Shown here piece by piece: positions 17,001-24,611 of a stretch of 58,113 nt of DNA (position 1 is the stretch's first letter; each line of letters begins with the position of its first letter). The position numbers were made by a program, and so were the translations under genes. This DNA comes from Eubacteriales bacterium (GTDB lineage Bacteria; Bacillota; Clostridia; Oscillospirales; CAG-272): the NCBI GenBank assembly GCA_045638125.1, contig JAZUAS010000046.1, positions 1 to 58,113 on the forward strand, given 5' to 3'. The notes below the pieces were generated by a model. It did not search any database. It had not been told where the DNA came from and saw only the letters and a list, made by a program, of their open reading frames with translations.

Positions 17001-19229
17001 GATATTCTCGGTTGCCGCGTAGTTACCGTCAGCGTCAGTGTACTGCAGGAAAGAGTGAACTCCGGCATACGTGTGCTGGGGGTCGCCCTCCCAGAAGGGA
17101 CCCGACATAGGACGGTGGTCGGGAAGCATATTAAGCGTCTCGCCCCACTGACAGAAATAGTAGGGAATAATGCAGTTACTCTCGTGAACGCCCGTGGAAA
17201 GGTGATAGTAGGGAGAGTAATACTGAATGAACGAGATCTGCTTAAGGGGATATTTACCCCAGTTGTAATAAAGGTTTACTATGGAATAGGTGCTGTCGGT
17301 ATCAGCGCCCACTATCATAGGAAGAATGGTTTCGCTGTATACGGGGTCACCCTCATAGAATATGGGAGAGTCGCCGCCCTCGCCGAAGTTCTTACCTACC
17401 TCAAGAGGAATAGGAAGCATCATCTGCTTGCCGTCGAGAATCGCCGCACATTCAAGTGATCCACCGCCTCGGTACTGTGCAAGAACGTAGATCTTACGGT
17501 CGTTCACACCGTCGCCCTTGAGATTGAAGGTGACGTTATACTGACGGTTCTGGTGGAGCTTGTAGGGAGGGCCAAAGCCGCCTACACCGTCTATGTTAAG
17601 GGTATAGCAGCCGCGGAGAGCGTCGTAGCCGACGAACTCGCCAAAGGTGGAGGCTTCACCGTCGATGATGAAGTTTTCTGCACCAAGAGGATTGACCTCA
17701 AGCTCCGCCTCTACTATAAAGCGATCAAAGGTGTGGTAACGGTCGTTGTAAATACGGTGACCCATGTAGAAGTCGTTGGCATTATTTGTGCCCTTCAGTG
17801 ACGCGCGGAGCGTTTGACCGTCGGGAGCCTTGGTCTGTTCGATCTTGTAAACTCCGTCAACGAGTGTCACGCGGATTGTGCCGCCCGAACCGTCATAGGG
17901 CAGAATGTAACCGTAAATTCCAACGCCCTTGATGTCAAATCCGACGTACTGAACGGTATTCCAAGCAATACCCTTAAGGTCGTAGTGCAAGCCGTTTCTG
18001 TCCTTTATAACGAAGCTGCCCACACGATTTTCGGGAATCTCTGTAACTATACCAACTGCCTGAACGTTTTCAACGTCCTTTTGCGCGGCAAACTGGAGAG
18101 TCTGGTGGAGTTTGTCGGAGTATGTGTTGAACATACGGTTGAGATAAAGCTCCTGGGTGGGGGTGGCACTGAGGTCTGCCTTAAGCACGCGGAGGTCCTT
18201 GATTGCCAAGGTTGCGTCGATAGCGCCCTGCATAGTCATAAAGTCAAGACGAAGTCCGGTTACCTGACCTGCGAAGCCACTGATCTTATAGAGAGGGATG
18301 TAGTAAGTGTGATATTCGCCGTCGGGAATGATGTCATAGCCTAACGACTGCTCGCTTGAGAATGCAGTGTTGCTTCCCGAGTTCGCGCCCGCAACGATAT
18401 AGACCGCAAGATTCGAGGAGAAGTTCTGGTCTGCCTTCATGGTGATTGCCAGAACGTTGTATTCGGATGCCGAAAAAGAGATGTTTTTATAGGAGAACCA
18501 AGGGTCTTGGTTGTTGGTGACTTTGATCGCGATACCGCCGTCCTCAACTCCGATATATTCGGTCATGTTGTATCTGAGGATGTTGTTTGCGCCGCAGTTA
18601 AGCTTTTTCTCCTTACCGTCTACGAACTTGTAGCCATCGTTAAAGGAGAGACCCTCAATGCGGTTTTCGTAATAGTAGTAGCCCATACGGAAGATGTTGG
18701 CGATGGCATCCTTGTCGGAATCCGACGCATAGTATATAGTGCCGTCGGTCATGCGGACGAAAACATCCATAGTGTTTTCTATGTAGTTGCCTCCCGCCTT
18801 GTTACCGATCGAGCTTATCAGCTTGGTGTTTTCAAGGTCACAGGTCACGCAAACGTTCTTATTTTCAAAGTAATAAGAAGTTCTCGTGGGATCGGTAAAG
18901 TATGCGTTGACTCCGTTTGCGATACGATCTGCATACTCAATAAATTCTGCGTTATCGCCGTCTATTAGGGAAGGATTGGTTTCCTCAACGTATCCGTCAT
19001 CGGGATCAGAGGTGCTTCCCTCGGACTCGTCGCCGCCCTCGGTGTCGCTGCTCTCGGTTTTGTTGCTCTCAGAGGAGCTTTCAGAGCTTGACGAGCTGCC
19101 GCTCTCGGATGAGCTTTCGGTGCCGGTCTCAATCAGATCGCCAAAAAGATCTGCGCAAGACGAAAGAACGCCTGCCGCCATAATCAGTGCGATAAGAAGC
19201 GACAAGATTCGTGTGCTTTTGATTTTCAT
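14049..19229 (-). CDS. Giant surface lipoprotein, unrecognised family (paralog 2), with three C-terminal repeat modules and a T/G/D-rich linker
   Basis: The ORF-track frame 14049-19247 starts at TTG. The ATG at 19229 (MKIKSTRILSLLIALIMAAGVLSSC) aligns with the paralog start and follows AAAGGA. It is collinear with 9355-13797 at high amino-acid identity and has one extra C-terminal module. Confidence 0.75.
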   Translation of the reverse strand: MKIKSTRILSLLIALIMAAGVLSSCADLFGDLIETGTESSSESGSSSSSESSSESNKTESSDTEGGDESEGSTSDPDDGYVEETNPSLIDGDNAEFIEYADRIANGVNAYFTDPTRTSYYFENKNVCVTCDLENTKLISSIGNKAGGNYIENTMDVFVRMTDGTIYYASDSDKDAIANIFRMGYYYYENRIEGLSFNDGYKFVDGKEKKLNCGANNILRYNMTEYIGVEDGGIAIKVTNNQDPWFSYKNISFSASEYNVLAITMKADQNFSSNLAVYIVAGANSGSNTAFSSEQSLGYDIIPDGEYHTYYIPLYKISGFAGQVTGLRLDFMTMQGAIDATLAIKDLRVLKADLSATPTQELYLNRMFNTYSDKLHQTLQFAAQKDVENVQAVGIVTEIPENRVGSFVIKDRNGLHYDLKGIAWNTVQYVGFDIKGVGIYGYILPYDGSGGTIRVTLVDGVYKIEQTKAPDGQTLRASLKGTNNANDFYMGHRIYNDRYHTFDRFIVEAELEVNPLGAENFIIDGEASTFGEFVGYDALRGCYTLNIDGVGGFGPPYKLHQNRQYNVTFNLKGDGVNDRKIYVLAQYRGGGSLECAAILDGKQMMLPIPLEVGKNFGEGGDSPIFYEGDPVYSETILPMIVGADTDSTYSIVNLYYNWGKYPLKQISFIQYYSPYYHLSTGVHESNCIIPYYFCQWGETLNMLPDHRPMSGPFWEGDPQHTYAGVHSFLQYTDADGNYAATENILDTIGSYGPIYADVTMDFISDDGKIKVSYNHMEFPQTDENRAYYEMKYEVLEDISFADFGRDFSFYSVKSLDPSGLYSKVGYLDTNNASQVATAAGRGESFEYVLGNNCPYFSFFDMTNCGDTARGYNNLSFLIYNAEFTMGGEKVTPSFLLVNNFAELSLSLDLEAVELKKGDTFTINAIIMPWQYYDEYDVAEPDKNVRRVRENTLLDPLKATADKDCEIIESVFLPKVKTTNGKSAEFTLSGGHNNVAVRIYGFEKLTVPVVEEYVDGEWKLVDLSSLSTPDAFGYGYQYDGYGVYYDSDGTYSYSFITTMDNGADRKFRVSAAEDFEGWPEIIKEPDPMNFWMDPQDLNAKFTVSAARFGEFSMMSENGINFIRVNRNGKNTEATLALFEDAEGALAGRYLVYKFRVPQGSAAKIGTWQFYTSTENTMYDADGNILIVGQDFNASAPNLSDGDWHVIVIDLASYANRTECYKQDEDGNYYIKYLRFDVFNPEYATDAIIDVAYVGMHDSLDEILEYNKTDMPTVALFTNNTLNHVSTKNNEALNLHFDAGELDAIVDYYKGRFHSVTLSGDRNYITFAGSVGSEAIVELLHNNTKETGRYLILKYRIPEDNPGKLGYWQFYLNTDGGKASGENAYSCEGVGTQVIADGEWQVLIVDLEARGLSTYAKNEDGKYVAKYFRFDFFNSQFGAEVSYDIAYIGFSNDIKDIYEYEADMSYVTLSTAQKESTKIDPKTGSEIVGDTTGGDDTTGGDNTTGGDDTTGGDNTTDGDDTTDGDNTPNPVFNCVYDAEKLNTAITPSKSKFHSVTLSENGDYITLSGCTGNEATVEFFKNALRETGRYLVLKYRIPKADQPPFGYWQFYLNTDGGAAGSSNAYSCEGYGTHVIADGEWQVLIVDLEARGLDTYVKNDDERYIAKFFRFDFFNSQFSADVSYDVAYIAFGNSLEDIYEYEADMSYVTLSSAQKESTKIDPKTGNEITAE
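14655..14775 (-). repeat. In-frame 18-nt tandem repeat (~6.7 units) encoding a (TTGGD[D/N]) linker
   Basis: Units run GGTAGTATCATCACCGCC / GGTAGTATTGTCGCCACC and so on. Translation is GDTTGGDDTTGGDNTTGGDDTTGGDNTTDGDDTTDGDNT. Confidence 0.85.
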
Positions 19230-19268
19230 AAACTGAAATCCTTTCAAAATTGTTTTTGCTATGAATCA

Positions 19269-19297
19269 ATTATATCGTAATCTATAAATCAAGTCAA
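19269..19297 (-). promoter_or_regulatory. Promoter of giant lipoprotein gene 2
   Basis: On the minus strand: TTGACT (19297-19292), 17-nt spacer, TATAAT (19274-19269). Confidence 0.6.
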
Positions 19298-19301
19298 TAG
19301 G

Positions 19302-19331
19302 ATGTCCGAAAAGTATAATAATTGTCCCAAA
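19302..19331. promoter_or_regulatory. Tandem direct repeats abutting the -35 (candidate AraC-type activator site)
   Basis: Plus-strand ATGTCCGAAA (19302-19311) and TTGTCCCAAA (19322-19331), 20 bp apart and 4 nt from the -35. Confidence 0.45.
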
Positions 19332-19361
19332 AGTACAGTAAAAACACAAAAAAAGTCCGAT

Positions 19362-20225
19362 TTATGCATCGGACTTCTTGTCTTTATCTATGTTGCGACG
19401 GAAATCGCTGGGGGTCATTCCAGTATGTTTCATGAAAAATTTTCCAAAATAATTTGCGCTGGAAAAGCCTAATTTGTCGCTGATATCGTCTATAAACTCG
19501 TCGGTTTCCATCACCATTCGTTTAGCTTCCTCTATCTTTTGACCGTGAATGAACGACAAAAGCGAGGTGTTTTCATACAGGGAGAAGAGTCTGCCAAGCT
19601 GCTTTGAGCTGAGATTGCAGTAGCGAGCTACCTCGTCGCAGGAGAGAAACAGGTGGGGATTGTCTTCGATGTATTTTTTTGCCTTTATAAGACGCATATC
19701 GTATTCGTCGTTGTGTATGGTAGGGCGAATTCTCGTGCTTTCGGCTATGGCGTAAATGATCTCGCAAAGTCTGTTTTTTATCATCACATCCGAATAGGGA
19801 GTCTTGTTCGTTGCCTTACGAAGTATGAAAGATAAGGACTCTGTAAGCTCGTCGCCCATTTGTATTATACACTTATTTTTACTTTTGAGAATATCACGCA
19901 GCTCACTATCGCTTTTCAACTCAAATGCTACTGTTATTTTTTGGAAGTTGTCGCTTTCCTGGGGAATGCAGTGTATAGTGCGAGGAGAGATAAGCATAAT
20001 GCTGTTTTCACCGACGCTCACGTCACAGTTCTTAAAGCGGTAAACAATACTTCCGCTGGTTACGATGTGCATTTCAAAGAAGGTGTGATTGTGAGGCTTG
20101 GAGTTTAGATAAAATTTATTCTCGCTGCAAGCTGCATTCATCCAAAGGATTTCGGGATCGGATCCGAAAACGTTTTCGTTGGGCAAGTTTACCTTGTTTA
20201 TAGCATCAATAATTGCATTTTTCAA
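19362..20225 (-). CDS. AraC/XylS family transcriptional regulator (cupin sensor domain plus double HTH)
   Basis: 287 aa. The N-terminus has cupin-like HNHTFFEMHIVTSGSIVYRF. The C-terminus has an AraC-type HTH (LSCDEVARYCNLSSKQLGRLF...FSSANYFGKFFMKHTGMTPSDFR). Confidence 0.85.
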   Translation of the reverse strand: MKNAIIDAINKVNLPNENVFGSDPEILWMNAACSENKFYLNSKPHNHTFFEMHIVTSGSIVYRFKNCDVSVGENSIMLISPRTIHCIPQESDNFQKITVAFELKSDSELRDILKSKNKCIIQMGDELTESLSFILRKATNKTPYSDVMIKNRLCEIIYAIAESTRIRPTIHNDEYDMRLIKAKKYIEDNPHLFLSCDEVARYCNLSSKQLGRLFSLYENTSLLSFIHGQKIEEAKRMVMETDEFIDDISDKLGFSSANYFGKFFMKHTGMTPSDFRRNIDKDKKSDA

Positions 20226-20269
20226 TTTTCACCCTCCTTTCAACATTCTAATTTAATGAGACACTGTAC

Positions 20270-20298
20270 ATTGTATCATCGATATCGCAAAATGTCAA
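20270..20298 (-). promoter_or_regulatory. Promoter of the AraC-family gene, bracketed by a 9-bp inverted repeat
   Basis: On the minus strand: TTGACA (20298-20293), 17-nt spacer, TACAAT (20275-20270). It is flanked by GACACTGTA (20260-20268) and TACAGTGTC (20299-20307). Confidence 0.5.
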
Positions 20299-20366
20299 TA
20301 CAGTGTCCTAAATTTATCATTTTTTTGTTTTTGGCAAGCTCAAAAGCAAGTTGGTTATGAAAGATA

Positions 20367-20394
20367 GGGGGCATGATTTAATGAAATCAGCCCC
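20367..20394 (-). terminator. Terminator-like hairpin after the PL8-like gene
   Basis: GGGGC(A)TGATTT-AATG-AAATCAGCCCC, 11 bp with one bulge. The T-tract on the minus strand is weak. Confidence 0.4.
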
Positions 20395-20482
20395 ATATAA
20401 TCTTTAATGGAAAAACTCCGTAAAATAAACAACGTTGCTTTCACTGATTTTGCAATCCGAAATCAAGCAGTGTGAGCTCGCT

Positions 20483-22777
20483 TTAGATTATTTTGTATGC
20501 TTTTCCTCTCGCATTGTCGGTCTCAATCAAAAATTCTTTTCCACCAACAGAAAGTGCGATGTCGTTTCTTGTCTGGGTAGGGTCGCAGACCGTCATAGAG
20601 GTTGTTTTTCCGTCCTCGCCCCGTTTCATCATAGCAATAAGAGCGTGTTTCGCCTTAACACCGCACATTTCACCCGCTTCACGGAAGACTATGCCGTAAA
20701 GTGCGCTTGATTTTTCGCGCGCGGCGTGAATTTTGCCGTTTGACGAGAGAATTTCAACGTCGCTTGCATCATAGTCGGCAGTTTCTTGCTCGTTGGCGTT
20801 CAGAAGTATGAGGTAGACGTATTTTTCGTCCTCGGGGTCGATTCCGTGGTCAAGATAAATTGCTACGAAGCGAAGACCGTCCTTTTCGTAGAATTTCACC
20901 TTGATATTACCGCCCTCGGGGAAGATAAATCCGCCGACGTGTGGGATAAATATCTTTTGCGCCGTAAGGGTCATTTCGCCAACGGCAAAGGGGATTGCGA
21001 CTCCGTCTGCAAGGATGTTCTCATCCGCTTCAAGCACACGGTTTTCAACTATGGTGCGAACGGGGTAGCCGTCATGAGCCACGATATCTGTGCCGAGACA
21101 GAGAATTGCTCGATCAAAGAAGAAGTAGCTCTTATTTGCGGTCAGAGTGCAGTGATAAACGGGCAAGCTCCTACCGGCGCCCGTGTCGGGTCTGCCCTCG
21201 TCGATTTCGTTGTGGAATGATTCGTAGTCCATGCTTGCCGACAGATATTTGCCGTCAAGACAAACACCACCGACGAAATCTCGGTTGGGTCGCCATCCGC
21301 AGTTGAAGAACATTATCTCTCGCTCGCGGTCTTCGACGGTGGTGCCCGGGATCATAGTCTTGTCGGCGCCCTGCCACCATTCGGGGGAATATTCCTCAAA
21401 GCCCGTGGGGGTGTATAGATAAAGCGCACCGTCGCCCGTGTACCATCCGTCACCGTTGTCGCCGTTCATACATTCGTAGGCGATTGAGCGACGGGAAGGC
21501 ATACGGAGACCGATCATTGAGGAGTGGCGGTGCTGGACGCAGATGTCGCCCGAGTACCACATATAGGCATAGTCGGGGGAGTTTACGTCATATTTTTCGT
21601 TGGTCAACGCTTCGTAAAAATGAGCGTACGCGCAGATATTGGTTTTTGGACATTCTGCGGCGCGAGTGCCGGGCAAGGAGTTGATCTTTCGGTATTTCTC
21701 AAGGGTGGTGCCGCTGTCGTAGGTGGAGATAAGCTGCTCGCGAACCTCGGGGGAGTCATTACAACGGATCAGACGATTGATCTCGTGGTCAAACTCCTCG
21801 CCGAAAAGACCGTACAGATAGTGGACCTCACGGAGAATGCTTGCGGCGCAGTTATCGTACTGCATCGCTCTGCCGTTCATCGGCGCTAACGTGCGTCCAC
21901 GGTACATGACGGGAGCAAACGTATAGCGGAGCATTCCTTTAAGATTGTCCAGATTTTGCAAGGGATAGGCGAGAGGGGAACGGGAGAGTATCTGAACCGT
22001 CTTTCCTATGCGGGAGAGATTGATGACACCGTAGGCTACATTATATGGCATACCGTGGGTCATACAGCAAAAATCCCTTCGCATATTGTCTCCGCTGTCG
22101 TGGGCTTCAAGAAGCATTTCGCACTCTTCAAAAAGTTTTTGGAGAAGTTCTCTGTTCTCGGTTATGAGTGCAAGGGGAGTCAGAGTGACTATCCTTGACA
22201 TCGCCTCGGCGTTGGTGGGAGCGGTTCTCATTTTGTCACTTAGAAAGGCAACCGGTGTGATATATTTTTTAGTGAGATCAGGCGTGATCGAATCCTCTAC
22301 TATTATAAGAATGTCCATAAGAGGACAAGCCGCGCCTACGTACCAATCCCACCAATCGTAATCTTTCCAAGAACGGAAACTTGTGTCGGTGACCACGTTT
22401 TCGCCGTACATATTATCGTGCAGCCAATTGAGGGCGTAGAGGATGTCGGAGAGAAGCTCCTTTGACTGATAGGAACGGCAGCCGATAGTGCCAAATGGCA
22501 GAGCCATACGCAGAACGCGGTCGTATTGAAGCTTTAATTCGCCCGATGCGGTCGGTGCTTTATCGCCGAAAAGGATCGGGGCGTCAGGACCTCGGTTTAT
22601 CTCTTGACGCAGGCTCTCACTGTCCTTGTCACGCATGCGGAGCAATTCGCTCATTCCTTTTACAGATAGGGAATTATTCTTCTCGTCACCGCAGAGATCG
22701 AGTCGCCAGCTTGCCCTTGCTGATTTGAAATCATCGGCGGTAAAAAGGGCGGTGTCGTACGTTTTATTGTTGTTCAT
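20483..22777 (-). CDS. Polysaccharide lyase family 8-like protein (hyaluronate/chondroitin/xanthan lyase family), no signal peptide
   Basis: Start placed at ATG 22777 (MNNNKTYD), after AAGGAAAG. DYDWWDWYVGAACP resembles the PL8 WWDWEIG block. RRDFCCMTHGMPYNVAYGV resembles DGSF.QH...Y.G.YG. Its ~765-aa size fits an alpha-toroid plus beta-sandwich fold. Confidence 0.6.
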   Translation of the reverse strand: MNNNKTYDTALFTADDFKSARASWRLDLCGDEKNNSLSVKGMSELLRMRDKDSESLRQEINRGPDAPILFGDKAPTASGELKLQYDRVLRMALPFGTIGCRSYQSKELLSDILYALNWLHDNMYGENVVTDTSFRSWKDYDWWDWYVGAACPLMDILIIVEDSITPDLTKKYITPVAFLSDKMRTAPTNAEAMSRIVTLTPLALITENRELLQKLFEECEMLLEAHDSGDNMRRDFCCMTHGMPYNVAYGVINLSRIGKTVQILSRSPLAYPLQNLDNLKGMLRYTFAPVMYRGRTLAPMNGRAMQYDNCAASILREVHYLYGLFGEEFDHEINRLIRCNDSPEVREQLISTYDSGTTLEKYRKINSLPGTRAAECPKTNICAYAHFYEALTNEKYDVNSPDYAYMWYSGDICVQHRHSSMIGLRMPSRRSIAYECMNGDNGDGWYTGDGALYLYTPTGFEEYSPEWWQGADKTMIPGTTVEDREREIMFFNCGWRPNRDFVGGVCLDGKYLSASMDYESFHNEIDEGRPDTGAGRSLPVYHCTLTANKSYFFFDRAILCLGTDIVAHDGYPVRTIVENRVLEADENILADGVAIPFAVGEMTLTAQKIFIPHVGGFIFPEGGNIKVKFYEKDGLRFVAIYLDHGIDPEDEKYVYLILLNANEQETADYDASDVEILSSNGKIHAAREKSSALYGIVFREAGEMCGVKAKHALIAMMKRGEDGKTTSMTVCDPTQTRNDIALSVGGKEFLIETDNARGKAYKII

Positions 22778-22779
22778 AT

Positions 22780-23796
22780 TTACTTTCCTTGCGCCATAGC
22801 GAGGCATTCTTCAAACAAAATTTCGTGCATACGCATGATTTCTTCGTATGTTCGGGGTGTGCCGACGGGATCGTCGAGTATGCCCTCGTTGCTCTCATAG
22901 CATGCCGAAACTGCACCGCAGACGTGGTGAGTTGCACTGATGAGATTGAATGACAGAGGATTTTCGCCCGAGGGGATTCCGGGTATTGCTCCACGGAAGA
23001 ATTCAAGTCCTTCATTGTCACCAACTCTTTGGCAACGCTGATAAAGCTCGTCGATAGCGAGTGAGCATTCTTTTGTTACGTAGTCGGTGGGGAGCATACC
23101 GCCCTTTATATTTCCACCGCCGTGCAAATTGAGTACAAAATCGGCGCATTCGTCCTCGCAAATGTCGAGTATCGCCTGCGTTTCACGAGCCTTTGGGTGG
23201 AAGAAGTTGTCGTGCATAAGGTTTATGCCGTCATCATTGTAGTAGCCGCCGAGAAAGCCTGCCGCGTCCTTTATGGGATGGATCTTTTTACAGTCGGGCC
23301 ATCCGCAAAGCGAGCCGTCTGCCCAAGTGCCTTGACCCCAATAGCGGAACTCCTCAAAGCTTTTGCCTATCATCGAATCGGGCTTGACTCTTGCGCGTCC
23401 GTCGGGATTGGCAATGGGAACTATGACTAAACGGACGCCTTTTACGAGCGAAAGCAGCTTTTCGTTGGTCTTTCCCATAAGGTCGACTCCGGTTTCGAGG
23501 AGGGAGATCAGATTTGTGATCGCCGCAACGCCCTCGGTCTCCTGTCCGTGGACTGCACCTATAAGTATAACGCAGGGCTTTTGTCCCCTGGGCGAAAAGC
23601 AACCCTTATCTCTGCCGCCGAGAGCGGAGGAGTAGTTTGCGGTGCCGTGAGCTTTTTTTTCGCCGTAAGCCAGCATATATACGGGTCGGTCGCCCGCGCT
23701 TTGGCATAAAATGCGCTTTTCCGAGCAGTTTTTGGCATTCGTATAAATGTCCTTGATGTATTCAAGATCTGTTTTCCAGAAATCGGGAATAAACAT
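22780..23796 (-). CDS. M14 metallocarboxypeptidase-like protein (zinc carboxypeptidase fold), cytoplasmic
   Basis: 338 aa. It has IGAVHGQETEG (H-x-x-E zinc motif), ANPDGR and LNLHGGG (second His region). There is no signal peptide. Confidence 0.55.
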   Translation of the reverse strand: MFIPDFWKTDLEYIKDIYTNAKNCSEKRILCQSAGDRPVYMLAYGEKKAHGTANYSSALGGRDKGCFSPRGQKPCVILIGAVHGQETEGVAAITNLISLLETGVDLMGKTNEKLLSLVKGVRLVIVPIANPDGRARVKPDSMIGKSFEEFRYWGQGTWADGSLCGWPDCKKIHPIKDAAGFLGGYYNDDGINLMHDNFFHPKARETQAILDICEDECADFVLNLHGGGNIKGGMLPTDYVTKECSLAIDELYQRCQRVGDNEGLEFFRGAIPGIPSGENPLSFNLISATHHVCGAVSACYESNEGILDDPVGTPRTYEEIMRMHEILFEECLAMAQGK

Positions 23797-24039
23797 AACG
23801 ATGTCTCCTTTTAAAAAGTTGAATGATAACTCAAAGTTATTCTAACATAAAATTTTAGGGAATAACAGTCAATTTTGAACGAAAATATTGCAAATTTCAC
23901 CATCTTTTGGTGTCGATCCCTATAGCTATGTTCCAAAACCGAAAATTACCCCCTTTCTATATGAACTGTGAGGTCGTGGTTATGTCAAAAGATTGGATAA
24001 GTAGGAGGGGTTGCACGACAAAATACGGACTTTTGATTT

Positions 24040-24333
24040 TTGCAAAATGTATTCACTTGGCACAAGCAGAGAAGAACACCTTTTGTTTGTGCGATAAGCC
24101 GAGATAAGGGTGAGTTGTTTACAACGCCCTACAAAAATTCCGCCAATCCCGCTGAAACGAAATATTTCACAAGAGCCTGCTACTATCTTGAGGACGACGT
24201 TACGAATAGCTACTGTTATCCCACGGTTCTTGCGGTAAATGACGGAATTCTGATATCGTATTATCATAGCAACGGCACCGATTTTAGCCTCAACAGTGCA
24301 AAGGTAACGAAGGTGTATTTTGACGAGTTGTAA
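24040..24333 (+). pseudogene. Possible 3' remnant of a BNR/sialidase-like (beta-propeller) gene
   Basis: The 97-aa frame has ISRDKGELFT (Asp-box-like S-x-D-x-G) and a C-terminal YCYPTVLAVNDGILISYYHSNG motif typical of last propeller blades. Upstream frames (23907-24107) are broken, and no RBS or full-length ORF is present. Confidence 0.3.
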
Positions 24334-24457
24334 GACTGTGGTCGATTTTTTACCTCGCATTATATGTGATTTTCGCGTAAAATAAATTTTTCAACTCTGG
24401 CTCAAAACTCTTTTGTGAAAAAAACACCGTAATTTTTAGCAAAAATTTTGAAATCCT

Positions 24458-24486
24458 CTTGACAAATCGATTTTTTTGTTATATAA
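24458..24486 (+). promoter_or_regulatory. Promoter of the glycerol-3-phosphate oxidoreductase operon
   Basis: TTGACA (24458-24463), 17-nt spacer, TATAAT (24481-24486). Confidence 0.7.
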
Positions 24487-24514
24487 TCTCGTGTGGTACA
24501 GAGATTTGGAGACG

Positions 24515-24565
24515 TATCAAAACGGGACACCCAAGGGTGGCTCTTGTTTTGATATGTTATTTTTT
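24515..24565 (+). terminator. Leader terminator/attenuator (candidate GlpP antitermination target)
   Basis: ATCAAAAC...(CACC-CAAG-GGTG inner stem)...GTTTTGAT, followed by ATGTTATTTTTTT. It lies between the promoter and the ATG at 24612. Confidence 0.5.
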
Positions 24566-24611
24566 TGCCCAAAATTGATTTGAAAATATAATTATAAAAG
24601 GAAAAGATTAG

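Noticed and set aside
23867-23885. A TTGAACGAAA element next to a TTGACT -35 upstream of the M14/PL8 unit, considered as a third AraC-type site
   Set aside because: There is only one degenerate copy, at a different offset from the -35 (2 nt rather than 4), and no second repeat 20-21 bp away. The evidence is insufficient.
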